A stretch of 64,000 bases of DNA from Bacteroidota bacterium (GCA_030682255.1 JAUXOK010000026.1:96567-160566); one strand, 5' to 3'. Positions 1-9,787 are shown, numbered from the stretch's first letter. A program made the numbers and translations. Notes: generated by a model not told the origin, from the sequence alone.

Positions 1-753
1 CAACATTCTTAATCTTCCATCTTTAATAGTTTTATCCATAATTCTCTCAAAATAATCCTGATAGACTGTAGTTACATCTTCTAAGCCTTTTACTTCTCCA
101 TAATTAAGCGCTGGTCCATACACCCTTATATTTCTTTGTTGATAGGCTATATTTAAACCAAAACGATTATCTGCATGTCCTCCATATTGACCTGGATGTT
201 TGAAGATTTTTATTCCATAATTTTGACCCCAGCCGTCAATAAAGTATCTTGTAACATTTGAACTAAACATAGCAATTAAAGGATAAGTACCACCTCCTTG
301 GTATGTACCAGTATAACATCCTTGAAATTTTGAACGATACAATGAAGGTCCAAAATAAACACTTAGCCAGCCTGTAATATCACGTTCGAAAGTTGGGCGG
401 TATTCAGTAATAATAAATATGCTTTTGTCCGTTCTAAATGGGAATGAAAAATAAACTCTATTTTTACGAGGAGGTGCTTTTCTGTATATGGTTGAATTAT
501 TGCCTGTGATTCTATTATGTTTGCCATGAAATTGCATTAAAAAAATATGGTAATCAAATTTTTTTACAACTTTAGGTGTATCTTTTTTTTCTTCAATAAT
601 TTGAGGTGATTCTGTTTTAATTTCTTTCGGAAAATACACTTGTTCAATGGAGTCCATTCTATTTAACGAATCTAAATATTGATTAAAATCCGTTTGGGCA
701 ATTGCAATGTTGCCAATAAAAATAAAAAGTAAAAATATGAGTGTTTTTTTCAT
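1..753 (-). CDS. hypothetical secreted protein, 5'-partial in window (continues beyond position 1)
   Basis: Reverse-strand ORF with ATG (cat at 751-753) giving N-terminus MKKTLIFLLFIFIGNIAIAQ, a signal-peptide-like hydrophobic start; open to the window edge; not in the ORF track because no stop lies inside the window. Confidence 0.4.
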   Translation of the reverse strand, partial: MKKTLIFLLFIFIGNIAIAQTDFNQYLDSLNRMDSIEQVYFPKEIKTESPQIIEEKKDTPKVVKKFDYHIFLMQFHGKHNRITGNNSTIYRKAPPRKNRVYFSFPFRTDKSIFIITEYRPTFERDITGWLSVYFGPSLYRSKFQGCYTGTYQGGGTYPLIAMFSSNVTRYFIDGWGQNYGIKIFKHPGQYGGHADNRFGLNIAYQQRNIRVYGPALNYGEVKGLEDVTTVYQDYFERIMDKTIKDGRLRML

Positions 754-948
754 AACCATCCTTGTGCTTTTGCTACTTGTTTTTAGTTTCATTTCGATTT
801 AAAAAATATTAATTATTATACTTCATTCAATCTAATTGTTTAGCAAACATACAAAAACTTTGAGAATTGAACAAACTTTTACCTTTGGTTTGTCTGTAGC
901 CAAGCCATGTGCTTTGGCGACCAACCATCCACTCCCCACCAAAAAAAA

Positions 949-975
949 ACCTTCCGCCACAGCAGAAGGTTTTTT
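949..975. terminator. weak hairpin (CCTTC-N10-GAAGG) flanked by an A-run and a T-run; possible bidirectional terminator
   Basis: Sequence aaaaaaaaaCCTTCcgccacagcaGAAGGtttttt; short stem with a long loop, so weak. Confidence 0.3.
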
Positions 976-1209
976 AAAATATAAACTCGAAGGGAAGCCT
1001 TACTCCACAATCGTCACCTCATAATTCTGAGGCAGAGGGCTGTTGTTTTGCAGGAGTAAGAAATTGGCAGAAGAATCGGGGTTGAAGGTAGAAGACAGGA
1101 ATTTTTGATTAATGGATTTTTTGTTACGATATGCAGCGAAATTAGATTTTGCCTGAGGCATTTGGGGGAGCTTGTTTGGTTGATGCGAATGAGAGCGTGC
1201 TTAAAAAAA

Positions 1210-1626
1210 TTAAGTTGCTACTATATTTTCATTTTCGTTTTGAATTTTCATTAATCGCTCAAGTCTTTCTTTTTCAAATCTTTCCATTGTTTTTTTGAGT
1301 TCCTCAACTTGTGCTAAATCCAAACCTTCAATTCTTGCTGTCCAATTTTCATCCTTTGTTGGTTTGGATAATTTTGTAATACAATCGTGCCAAACTGGCA
1401 AAACAGTTTTTTTAGTGGTGTCCCACCAAAACAAATCATTTGGGGTGCAGTTTAGCTCTTTGCAAATTTTACTCAAATCTTCAAAAGCAATAGACTTTTG
1501 TTTGTGATGGATTAAATTGTAGCACTTGGCTTTGGTAATATTACAATGCTTTTGAAGCCAAGCTTGAGGGTTTTTCTTGCCTTGAGATAGCAACACTTCT
1601 TTGATTTTTAGTTTAAGCATATACAA
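1210..1626 (-). CDS. XRE-family helix-turn-helix transcriptional regulator
   Basis: 138 aa. N-terminal region QAWLQKHCNITKAKCYNLIHHKQKSIAFEDLSKICKELNCTPNDLF reads like a Cro/C1 HTH; acidic, coiled-coil-like C-terminus. Confidence 0.55.
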   Translation of the reverse strand: MYMLKLKIKEVLLSQGKKNPQAWLQKHCNITKAKCYNLIHHKQKSIAFEDLSKICKELNCTPNDLFWWDTTKKTVLPVWHDCITKLSKPTKDENWTARIEGLDLAQVEELKKTMERFEKERLERLMKIQNENENIVAT

Positions 1627-1659
1627 AATTAATTAATAATTTATAATAAATCAAGCATT

Positions 1660-1911
1660 ATTACGATTTATATAACATTAAGAACAATTTATAAAACTTT
1701 AAGTACTATTTATAAAACTTTAAATATGATTTATATAATTTCAGTTATTTATTATAAAATTATTATTACGATTTATAAAATATCATTCACTATTTATAAA
1801 ACTTTAGTTATTGTTTATATAACTTTAATAACAATTTATACAACTGTATTTACGAATTATACAACTTTAATTACGGTTTATAAAACTTTAATTACGATTA
1901 ATAAAATTTAA
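1660..1911. repeat. tandem array, 12 copies of a degenerate 21-bp unit (consensus about ATTACGATTTATAAAACTTTA)
   Basis: Read directly: units start at 1660, 1681, 1702 ... 1891 with exact 21-bp phase, and the core TTTATAAAACTTTA recurs. The array starts 34 bp upstream of the start codon of the minus-strand XRE gene. The 61-aa ORF 1726..1911 is an artefact of translating the repeat. Confidence 0.85.
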
Positions 1912-2310
1912 TAGCAAATGACAACAATTAGATAGATATTAGCTTTATCAAAATACTGAATTAAATAACTTAAATGGTGTACCAATGTAATTAAACAATG
2001 ATTAGTAGTAACAAAACAAATGTTAAGTACTATTAAATAATCATTATTGCTGCCAATTTAAATATTAAGATGAATTAAACCACAAATATTTATAATTAAT
2101 TGCTTGTTCACTTTAATTGAATTATCCATAGCAAGTGTTAAATTGCCGATAACAAGGGTTAGATAAGGTTTCCGAGTAATTAGTAAGCAAGAATGTTTCA
2201 TTTTTTCTAAAATGAAGCTTTATTGTTTTATTTGTGGCGTTGTTAATTAAATCCTCAACTCCCTCAAAACCATGCCCATCCATCAGCTAAATGTTTTTTA
2301 TGAGCAATTG

Positions 2311-2400
2311 GAGGGGGAAGGTGGTTAATGGTTATTTGTGTAATGGTAAATGGTTAAAAGTTATTTGTTGAAACTCAACTTAGTTAAAATTTGGATAATA
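2311..2400. repeat. fragment of a GGTTAATGG-rich dispersed repeat element (same family as 10362-10490 and 18783-19362)
   Basis: gagggggaagGTGGTTAATGGttatttGTGTAATGGtaaATGGTTAAaag shares the GTGTAATGG / GGTTAATGG motifs and the AGGGGGAAG end motif with the other copies. Confidence 0.5.
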
Positions 2401-2535
2401 CAATTTATAAATGTTTTTTTGTGTGGCATATAAAACTAAGCTTATATGAATTACAAAAACATCAAAGAAGAGGAAGTGGAAAACAAAGAGGAGTCTGATT
2501 TTTTTAAGACTTCCGACACCCCCGAAACCACAGAC

Positions 2536-2850
2536 AAGGCTAACAGCCCAGCCCTGAAAGGGCGATATAACATAAGGCTGGGCATAGCTCCTCCGAAAGC
2601 CCTGAAAGGGCGACATAACCTAAGGATGGGCATAGCCCTTCCGAACCTAAGCATAGGCGCAGCCCTTCCGAACATAAGCCTAGGCATAACTCCTCCGAAA
2701 GCCCTGAAAGGGCGACATAACTTAAGGATAGGCGCAGCCCTTCCGAACTTAAGCATGGGCATAGCTCCTCCGAAAGCCCTGAAAGGGCGATATAACTTAA
2801 GGTTGGGCATAGCCCTTCCGAACCTAATTATGGGCATAGCCCTTCCGAAT
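2536..2850. repeat. REP/BIME-like cluster: 4 copies of the palindrome GCCCTGAAAGGGC alternating with GGGCATAGCCCTTCCGAA-type modules
   Basis: Palindromes at about 2551, 2599, 2701 and 2776, separated by recurring modules (CGAYATAACYTAAGGNTGGGCATAGCYCCTCCGAA). Lies immediately 5' of the RAYT gene. The two overlapping 137-aa ORFs here are repeat translations. Confidence 0.75.
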
Positions 2851-2862
2851 AAACTATAAAAC

Positions 2863-3315
2863 ATGGGTCAATCACTAGTTCAAAATTATATACATATCGT
2901 ATTCAGCACAAAGTACAGGCAGCCTCTCATACATCCACCTATAGAGCAAGAACTTCACGCTTATTTGGGCGGAATATGTAATCGTTTAGAATGTCAGTCT
3001 ATTATTGTAGGTGGCTATACAGACCATATTCACATCCTTTGCAAGCTCTCAAAAAAAATTGCTTTGATGAAATTGGTAGAAGAAGTAAAATCTCATTCAT
3101 CTAAATGGATAAAAACAAAAGGCGATGATTACCGCAATTTTTACTGGCAAGATGGTTATGGCGCTTTTTCGGTCAATCCTTCCGAAGTAGATGTCGTAAT
3201 TAATTACATAGCCAATCAACACCAACATCACAGCAAGAAAACCTTTAAAGGCGAATATATAGCATTTTTAGAAAAGTATCAGGTTGAATATGATGAACGC
3301 TATGTTTGGGACTGA
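2863..3315 (+). CDS. IS200/IS605-family Y1 (HUH) transposase of the REP-associated tyrosine transposase (RAYT / TnpA_REP) type
   Basis: 150 aa; HUH motif DHIHIL and a C-terminal tyrosine motif NYIANQ, the size expected for TnpA_REP. Flanked on both sides by REP-like palindromes. Confidence 0.8.
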   Translation: MGQSLVQNYIHIVFSTKYRQPLIHPPIEQELHAYLGGICNRLECQSIIVGGYTDHIHILCKLSKKIALMKLVEEVKSHSSKWIKTKGDDYRNFYWQDGYGAFSVNPSEVDVVINYIANQHQHHSKKTFKGEYIAFLEKYQVEYDERYVWD

Positions 3316-3339
3316 TACATAAAGTGGGTGAAGCCACCC

Positions 3340-3560
3340 CTATGTATCAGGGCGGGCTTCACCCATCCTTAGCATATATCGCCCCTATGGGGCTAATAGG
3401 CAACCAAGCCCTGAAAGGGCGATATATGCTAAGGATGGGCACAGCCCTTCCGATAGCCCTGAAAGGGCGATATAACACAACAACGCCCGTTCCAAAACAT
3501 CACATGAATGCACAAATGGTTCTATGCGCCCCTTGACCGAAGTCTCGGCTAAGCCGAGAC
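3340..3560. repeat. REP/BIME-like cluster 3' of the RAYT gene (2 GCCCTGAAAGGGC palindromes, one GCCCCTATGGGGC palindrome, one GTCTCGG-N5-CCGAGAC hairpin)
   Basis: Palindromes at about 3381, 3408 and 3456 with the same CGATATA...TAAGGATGGGCACAGCCCTTCCGA modules as the left cluster; extra hairpin at 3542-3560. The 76-aa ORF 3306..3536 is a repeat translation. Confidence 0.7.
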
Positions 3561-3701
3561 GGAAGGCATGGACTAGGCGCCCTAATTAATTTTAGATTGA
3601 AGATTTTAGATTGAAGATTTTCCTGATGGGTTATAAAATTATAAACTCAAAATAAGCATTGTTTAAAGCCATTTTTTTAGTTTCTTTTGAATATTGAAAT
3701 C

Positions 3702-5354
3702 ATGGACAATCAAGAATTATCAAAACTGTTAAATATCTATGCTAAATTATATGATTTGCATGGCGGCAATCCTTTTAAATTGAAGTCTATTTCTGCCACT
3801 GCTTTTAACCTGAAAAAAGTTCCTGAACCATTGATGGCAATGAGTGATGAAGCATTGTCTAAGGTGTCGGTAGTTGGCAAAATGGTATTGCCCAAATTGT
3901 TAGAACTTAAACAAACTGGGAGCATTGATGAATTAGAAGAATTGTATGCCAAAACGCCCAAAGGCTTGTTGGAGGTGTTGCAAATTAAAGGTTTAGGCTC
4001 TAAAAAAGTGGAGATTCTTTGGAAAGAAATGGGCATTGAAAGTGTGTCAGACCTATTAGATGCTATCAGAGAAAACAGATTGAAAGACGCCAAAGGTTTT
4101 GGACTTAAAACCCAAGAAGCCATACTGAAGGATATAGAATTTAAATTCAGTCAGGAAGGTAAATTGCATTGGGCAAAAGTGGAAGTCATTGCCTTGGCGT
4201 TAATTGAAAAAATAAAATCTTTGAAAGAGGTGTCGTTTGTTTCAGAAACTGGCGCCTACAGACGTTTGGACGAAGTGATTGACCAATTGGAGTTAGTGGT
4301 GGTTTGCAGTCAGCAAGATATTTTGATTTCTGCCCTACAATCCGACAGTTTAATTTGTCAAGAAACAAAAAACAATGTTTTGATTTTTCAATATTTGGAG
4401 GTTTTTAAAATTGTGATTCATATTGCGACTAGTGAAACAGCTATTCAAACTCTGTTTGAAACCACCGCCACTTCAGAACATTTGTCTTTGATTCAATATT
4501 CAGCAGACAAAACAAAAGACCAAACAAGTGAAACTGTCATTTATCAGCAATTGAATTTGCCCTACATTTTGCCAGAACTGAGAGAAGGATTATACGAACT
4601 GAAACATCTCGACAAACAGGACCAACTTATAACTTACAAAGATTTAAAAGGAGTGATTCACAATCATACAACCTATAGCGATGGGGTGGATACTTTGGCT
4701 GATATGGCAACTTATGCCAAAACCTGTGGCTTTGAATATTTGGTAGTTTGCGACCATTCTCAAACTGCTTTTTATGCCAATGGATTAAAGGAAGAACGCT
4801 GTAGAGAACAGTTTAAAGAAATTGAACAATTGAATTTAAAACACAAGGATTTCAAAATTTTTAAAGGCATAGAAAGTGATGTTTTAAGCGATGGCAGTTT
4901 GGATTATTCGGATGATTTTTTAAAAGAGTTTGATGTGATAGTAGCCAGTGTTCACAGTCAGTTGAGCATGGATATGGACAAAGCCCATTTGCGTTTGATA
5001 AATGCCATCGAAAACCCCTACACCCGAATATTAGGTCACCCAACTGGCAGATTGCTTTTGATGAGAAAAGGCTATGAGATTGATTATGCCTATATTTTGG
5101 ATGCCTGTGTTGCCAACAATGTGTTGGTAGAGCTCAATGCCCATCCCTATCGACTTGACATCGATTGGCGATGGATAGATTATTTGATCAACAAAGGCGG
5201 TATGATTAGCATCAACCCAGATGCCCACCACAAAGCCGGTTATCACGACATGAGATACGGTGTGAATGTGGCTCGCAAAGGCTATTTAACCCCAGAACAT
5301 TGTTTAAATGCAATGGATTTGCCAATGTTTGAAAAATGGCTCGAAAAGAAGTAA
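3702..5354 (+). CDS. PolX-family protein (helix-hairpin-helix plus Pol-beta-like nucleotidyltransferase region plus C-terminal PHP phosphoesterase domain); polymerase motif looks degenerate
   Basis: Track ORF begins at TTG 3687; the ATG at 3702 (MDNQELSKLL...) is the more likely start. PHP motifs are HNHTTYSDG and HPTGRLL. The nucleotidyltransferase signature is ETGAYRRLDEVIDQLELVV rather than the canonical GSxRRG...DxD. Confidence 0.6.
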   Translation: MDNQELSKLLNIYAKLYDLHGGNPFKLKSISATAFNLKKVPEPLMAMSDEALSKVSVVGKMVLPKLLELKQTGSIDELEELYAKTPKGLLEVLQIKGLGSKKVEILWKEMGIESVSDLLDAIRENRLKDAKGFGLKTQEAILKDIEFKFSQEGKLHWAKVEVIALALIEKIKSLKEVSFVSETGAYRRLDEVIDQLELVVVCSQQDILISALQSDSLICQETKNNVLIFQYLEVFKIVIHIATSETAIQTLFETTATSEHLSLIQYSADKTKDQTSETVIYQQLNLPYILPELREGLYELKHLDKQDQLITYKDLKGVIHNHTTYSDGVDTLADMATYAKTCGFEYLVVCDHSQTAFYANGLKEERCREQFKEIEQLNLKHKDFKIFKGIESDVLSDGSLDYSDDFLKEFDVIVASVHSQLSMDMDKAHLRLINAIENPYTRILGHPTGRLLLMRKGYEIDYAYILDACVANNVLVELNAHPYRLDIDWRWIDYLINKGGMISINPDAHHKAGYHDMRYGVNVARKGYLTPEHCLNAMDLPMFEKWLEKK

Positions 5355-5378
5355 GTTTGAAGTGATTTTAAAACCAAT

Positions 5379-6338
5379 TTGAAACCACCTGTAAAAATAT
5401 TAATTGTTAGGTTTAGTTCGATAGGCGATATCGTTTTAACAACGCCTGTATTGAGGTGTTTGAAAAAACAATTGCCAAACTGTGAAGTGCATTACGCCAC
5501 CAAAAAGCGATTTGAATCTCTTTTGATAAACAATCCTTACATTGATAAATTACATTTATTAGAGGGTAATTTAACCGCTTTTGCCAATGATTTAAAACGC
5601 GAAGACTTTGATGTGATGATAGATTTACATCGCAATTTAAGAACTAGGTTTCTAAAATCTGTGTTAAGAATTAAGTCGTTGACATTTGATAAAATCAATT
5701 GGGAAAAATGGCTGATGGTGATGTTTAAAGTCAATATTTTACCCTACCGCCATGTTGTAGATAGATATTTGGAAACATTGGAACCACTTGGCGTGCTGAA
5801 TGATGAAATGGGTTTGGATTATTTTATTTCAGCAAACACAGATGTTTCAAGGTTTAATTTACCAAGTAATTATTCAGTTTATGCCATTGGCGGTCAGCAT
5901 GAAACTAAAAAAATGCCTTTGAATAAACAAATTGAAATGCTTTCAATCATAAAAACACCAGTTGTTTTGATTGGTGGTAAAGAAGATGAAAAACAAGGGC
6001 AACTGATTCAAAAGGAATGTCGTCATGCAATCAATTTGTGTGGACAATTGAGTATAGATGAAAGTGCTTTAGTGATGCAGGGGGCTGAAAAGGTTTTCAC
6101 CCACGACACAGGCATGATGCACATTGCAGCTGCATTAAAAAAGCCAATTGTTTCCATTTGGGGAAACACCATTCCGGATTTTGGCATGTCGCCCTATTAT
6201 CCTAAAGAAATGGCATTGAATACTTCAATTCAAGTGAACGATTTGACATGCAGACCATGCAGTAAAATCGGGTTCAGCGAATGTCCTAAAAAACACTTTA
6301 AGTGTATGCAGGAATTGGATTTTGATATACTTAAATAA
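5379..6338 (+). CDS. glycosyltransferase family 9 (LPS heptosyltransferase-like)
   Basis: N-terminus KILIVRFSSIGDIVLTTPVLRCLK and a C-terminal region typical of GT9. Probable TTG start at 5379 (no ATG nearby). Confidence 0.65.
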   Translation: MKPPVKILIVRFSSIGDIVLTTPVLRCLKKQLPNCEVHYATKKRFESLLINNPYIDKLHLLEGNLTAFANDLKREDFDVMIDLHRNLRTRFLKSVLRIKSLTFDKINWEKWLMVMFKVNILPYRHVVDRYLETLEPLGVLNDEMGLDYFISANTDVSRFNLPSNYSVYAIGGQHETKKMPLNKQIEMLSIIKTPVVLIGGKEDEKQGQLIQKECRHAINLCGQLSIDESALVMQGAEKVFTHDTGMMHIAAALKKPIVSIWGNTIPDFGMSPYYPKEMALNTSIQVNDLTCRPCSKIGFSECPKKHFKCMQELDFDILK

Positions 6339-7338
6339 CTTCCTGAATCAATATCCTTTTTTTAGTGCCATCTTTGAAAATAACATCTGCATATTTAGTA
6401 TTGTTGCTTGCATGCGCCAATTTAAGTATGTTGATTTGAACAATATCGCTTTCCTTATTTATATTCACCAATTTGAAAAGAATGTTAGATTTTTTTTCAA
6501 CTTCAGTTAAGGTGACCGACTTGTTAAATATCATCATTTGACCATTAGTTGATTCAATTTCATCAATTTTTATTTGAAATTTCCCATCTTTAAGCAAAAA
6601 ATAAGTATTGCCATCAAAAGGAGATTTTGGCGTATTTATCACTTGTATAATAGAATCCAATCTTTTGCCTGGCCTTAGGTGTAAGAGACTATTGTTTTCA
6701 CCTACAATAAACAAAATGTTGTTTCTAACATAAAAAGCAGCTTTGCCAGTTAAAACACCGGTGATTAAATTTTCTAATTCTATGTTATCACAAGCCATTT
6801 TTGTAGATATAAGTACTCCAAAATTGATGACACCATTCTCAAATTGAGCATTACCACCAATTTGGTTGCAGCCAGAAAAGCCGCTAATTTTGTTTTCTTT
6901 AATGTCAAAAGAAATAGACGCATTGGCTTTTCTCAGAGGCGTTATAGTGCCATAACTTTCATGATTCAAAATCTTCCAATGATTGTTTGCTAGAACCCTA
7001 ATATCATTAACTAGGCGATTGGTTTTTTTAATCTCACGTATAAATTTATAATTTAATTTTTGGACAGAATCTCCCGGAAAAATCATCTTAGTTTCCAATA
7101 CTTCTATCTCTGTTTCAAATCCTTGTTCAAAGAAAAAACCTTCGATTTGAAATGGGAACTCTCTCCAAATGCTGTCTTGATGTGTTTTTACTTTGTAACA
7201 AGCCATGATAGAATTTTCATGAATACACGCCACTTTTGCATCCGCAACAATGAATGTTTTTTTAACTGGATCTTGACCTAACAAATTGTTTTGTGTTAAG
7301 TAAAAAAGGAGGACAATAATAAATTTAATACTTTTCAT
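6331..7338 (-). CDS. secreted META-domain (HslJ-like) / DUF4377-like protein
   Basis: Signal peptide MKSIKFIIVLLFYLTQNNLLGQ; META-like segment FSGCNQIGGNAQFENGVINFGVLISTKMAC. Confidence 0.45.
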   Translation of the reverse strand: MKSIKFIIVLLFYLTQNNLLGQDPVKKTFIVADAKVACIHENSIMACYKVKTHQDSIWREFPFQIEGFFFEQGFETEIEVLETKMIFPGDSVQKLNYKFIREIKKTNRLVNDIRVLANNHWKILNHESYGTITPLRKANASISFDIKENKISGFSGCNQIGGNAQFENGVINFGVLISTKMACDNIELENLITGVLTGKAAFYVRNNILFIVGENNSLLHLRPGKRLDSIIQVINTPKSPFDGNTYFLLKDGKFQIKIDEIESTNGQMMIFNKSVTLTEVEKKSNILFKLVNINKESDIVQINILKLAHASNNTKYADVIFKDGTKKRILIQEVI

Positions 7339-7601
7339 ATTTTGGTGTAAAATTATATAATTAGATGTAATAGCAAAAACCTTGCAAAAGTATACAAAAA
7401 TAAGTCAAGACTTATTAAAAACAAAAAAGCCACAACATCTAAAAAAGAGTAATGGCTTTCTTGCATCAGCGTATGAAATGGTAATCAGTATTACTAGAAC
7501 TAATTATCGCATTGTATTCTAAAGACGAATCAACTTACTTTTTAGTTGCCAAAACATTTATAAATGACAAAAAAATGACAAATAACAGACGAATGCAGAG
7601 C

Positions 7602-7627
7602 TTGTATCGATAAAAAATGTAGTTTTG
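7602..7627 (+). promoter_or_regulatory. candidate Bacteroidetes-type promoter (TTG ... TAGTTTTG, matching the -7 TAnnTTTG motif) upstream of tRNA-Arg
   Basis: TAGTTTTG at 7620-7627, 48 nt upstream of the tRNA 5' end; the -33-like TTG has suboptimal spacing. Confidence 0.3.
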
Positions 7628-7674
7628 CAATGGTTATTTAGTCAAATATCTAATTACAGATTTTATGATCAACT

Positions 7675-7746
7675 GGCTTTATAGTTCAACGGATAGAACG
7701 AGGGTTTCCGAAGCCCTAAATTCAGGTTCGATTCCTGATAAAGCCA
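7675..7746 (+). tRNA. tRNA-Arg (anticodon CCG)
   Basis: Hand-folded cloverleaf: 7-bp acceptor stem GGCTTTA/TAAAGCC, D-arm GTTC-AACGGATA-GAAC, anticodon arm AGGGT-TTCCGAA-GCCCT (one U-G pair), T-arm TCAGG-TTCGATT-CCTGA, discriminator A. CCA is not encoded. Confidence 0.8.
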
Positions 7747-7809
7747 CAACTAATGAGTAAAACATAAAAGTAATTTTACCATTTCAAGTTGTATTTTTGT
7801 TTTTTAAAA

Positions 7810-9786
7810 ATGCCATCAAATCAATTAATCCATTCTTTAAGCCCATATTTACTTCAACATGCTCAAAACCCCGTTGATTGGTATGAATGGGGCGAAGAGG
7901 CTTTTAACAAAGCTAAGAATGAAAACAAACTTTTATTAATTAGCATAGGCTACAGTGCATGCCATTGGTGTCATGTTATGGCGCATGAAAGTTTTGAAGA
8001 TCAAGCTACAGCCGAACTCATGAATCGTTATTTTGTTTGTGTTAAAGTGGATAGAGAAGAATTGCCAAATGTTGATCAATTTTACATGGATGCTTGTCAA
8101 TTGGTAAACGGAAGTGGTGGATGGCCACTAAATGCTTTTGCTTTGCCAGACCAAAGACCTATTCATGCATTAACCTATTTACCCAAAGATAAATGGCAAA
8201 AATTAATGACTCAAATTAATGATTTATGGCAAAACAAACCTGAAACTGCTTTGGAATATGCAGAGAAATTAGGCAAAGGGCTTAAAAACATGAATATTCC
8301 TCCTGAAATAAGTTTTAAAACTAATTTGAACAAAACCAGCGAATTGGCTTTCGAAAACTTTGTATCTCAATACGACAGTGTTTATGGCGGCATGCAAAGG
8401 GCACCCAAGTTCCCAATGCCAAATAACCTTGCTTTTCTTTTAAATTATGCACAGCTCAATTCATCAGATGCGGCAATAAATATGGCTTTACATACTATGA
8501 AACAAATGTCGCTTGGTGGTATTTATGATATTGTTGAAGGCGGATTCTGTCGCTATTCTGTTGATATTAAATGGTTTGCACCCCATTTCGAGAAAATGTT
8601 GTACGACAACGCGCAACTTATTGGAGTATACAGTTATGCCTATGCAATCAGTCAAAACCCTTTTTTCAAACAAATCGCCTTGCAATGCATTGCTTTTTGC
8701 AACAATGAATGGCGCGATAAAAACGGTGTGTATTGTTCGGCTTTAGACGCTGATAGTGAGGGGGAAGAGGGATTGTATTACGTTTATACATATGATGAAT
8801 TGATTCATGTTTTAGGCTTAGAAAATGATTTATTTATACAATATTTTCAATGCACACAAACTGGCAATTGGGAACATGGCAAAAATATATTATTTGCGCT
8901 CAACACAATCGATGAAGCCGCTATTGAATTAAAATCTGACAAAGCAATTTTAAAACTAAATATAGAAATAGGTATAGAAAAGCTTAAAAAATACCGTTCC
9001 ACAAGAATCAAGCCTGGTTTAGATGATAAAAAAATATGCTCCTGGAATGGTTTAATGTTAAAAGGGTTGGCTGAAGCTGCACGTTTTTTAGAGGATCAAT
9101 CATTGAAACTACAAATTGAAAACTTATCAAATAATATCTTAAAAACATTTTATAAAGATGGGCAATTGTATAGAATCGAGAACAAAGGACAATTAAAAAT
9201 TTCTGCTTTTTTGGAAGATTTTGCCAATGTAATTGATGGACTAATTACTGCCTACCAAGTACTTTTAGATGAAAATTTATTAATAAAAGCCAAAGAATTA
9301 TGTGACCAAACAATTAAATTATTTTTCAACGAGGAAAAGCATTTTTTTAAATTCAGTATTGAAGATGGATTAGCCATAGAAAAATATGATGTAGCAGATG
9401 ATGTAATTAATAGCGGTAACAGTGTTATGGCTCATAATTTATGGCGATTATCTTGGTATTTTGACCATCGTATTTGGCAAGATATAGTTAAGAATATGAT
9501 TTCCGCCATGATTCCATTGGTAGAAAAAAGTGCACCATGGTATGCCAATTGGGCTACTTTGAATTTGCAAATTGAAAAAGGCATGAATCAATACATCGTT
9601 TCAGCTAAAAATAAAAACTTAGCAGAACTAGCATTTAAAAAAATAAATCTAGAACCAAATGCTATTTTGGGATATGTTAACCAAGATTCAAATATCCCAT
9701 TATTTCAGCAGAAATTATTTAAAAACAAAAATTTGATTTATACTTGTAGAGATTTTACTTGTTTGGCCCCCGAAGAAATCCAATAA
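7810..9786 (+). CDS. thioredoxin-domain protein of the DUF255 / YyaL (N-acylglucosamine 2-epimerase-like) family
   Basis: N-terminus [17 protein letters not shown]...[18 protein letters not shown], a thioredoxin-like CxxC region, followed by a long alpha/alpha-toroid-like region. Track start is TTG 7789; the ATG at 7810 is preferred. Confidence 0.8.
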   Translation: MPSNQLIHSLSPYLLQHAQNPVDWYEWGEEAFNKAKNENKLLLISIGYSACHWCHVMAHESFEDQATAELMNRYFVCVKVDREELPNVDQFYMDACQLVNGSGGWPLNAFALPDQRPIHALTYLPKDKWQKLMTQINDLWQNKPETALEYAEKLGKGLKNMNIPPEISFKTNLNKTSELAFENFVSQYDSVYGGMQRAPKFPMPNNLAFLLNYAQLNSSDAAINMALHTMKQMSLGGIYDIVEGGFCRYSVDIKWFAPHFEKMLYDNAQLIGVYSYAYAISQNPFFKQIALQCIAFCNNEWRDKNGVYCSALDADSEGEEGLYYVYTYDELIHVLGLENDLFIQYFQCTQTGNWEHGKNILFALNTIDEAAIELKSDKAILKLNIEIGIEKLKKYRSTRIKPGLDDKKICSWNGLMLKGLAEAARFLEDQSLKLQIENLSNNILKTFYKDGQLYRIENKGQLKISAFLEDFANVIDGLITAYQVLLDENLLIKAKELCDQTIKLFFNEEKHFFKFSIEDGLAIEKYDVADDVINSGNSVMAHNLWRLSWYFDHRIWQDIVKNMISAMIPLVEKSAPWYANWATLNLQIEKGMNQYIVSAKNKNLAELAFKKINLEPNAILGYVNQDSNIPLFQQKLFKNKNLIYTCRDFTCLAPEEIQ

Positions 9787-9787
9787 A

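Noticed and set aside
836-1024. 62-aa ORF
   Set aside because: No recognisable features, and it spans a hairpin/terminator-like sequence in an intergenic region.
1726-1911. 61-aa plus-strand ORF (IYKTLITV-type repetitive peptide)
   Set aside because: It is the in-frame translation of the 21-bp tandem repeat. The peptide is low-complexity, has no start context, and the region is better explained as a non-coding array.
1660-1911. Possibility that either 21-bp array (here or at 13756-13944) is a CRISPR array
   Set aside because: The units are directly contiguous with no unique spacers and are only 21 bp long; no cas genes are nearby.
2446-2864. Two overlapping 137-aa ORFs on opposite strands
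   Set aside because: Both are translations of the REP/BIME palindrome array. The repeating peptide motifs (KALKGRHNLR / FGRAMP) simply mirror the DNA repeats.
3306-3536. 76-aa ORF downstream of the RAYT gene
   Set aside because: It lies entirely within the right-hand REP cluster and its peptide again contains the ALKGRY repeat translation.
2536-3560. Possibility that the GCCCTGAAAGGGC palindrome cluster is a CRISPR array
   Set aside because: The sequences between the palindromes are themselves repeated modules rather than unique spacers, the spacing is irregular, and the neighbouring gene is a RAYT, which fits REP/BIME.
7339-7788. Integrase or genomic-island boundary next to tRNA-Arg
   Set aside because: Nothing resembling an integrase, a direct repeat of the tRNA 3' end, or phage genes was found on either side; the flanking genes are ordinary.
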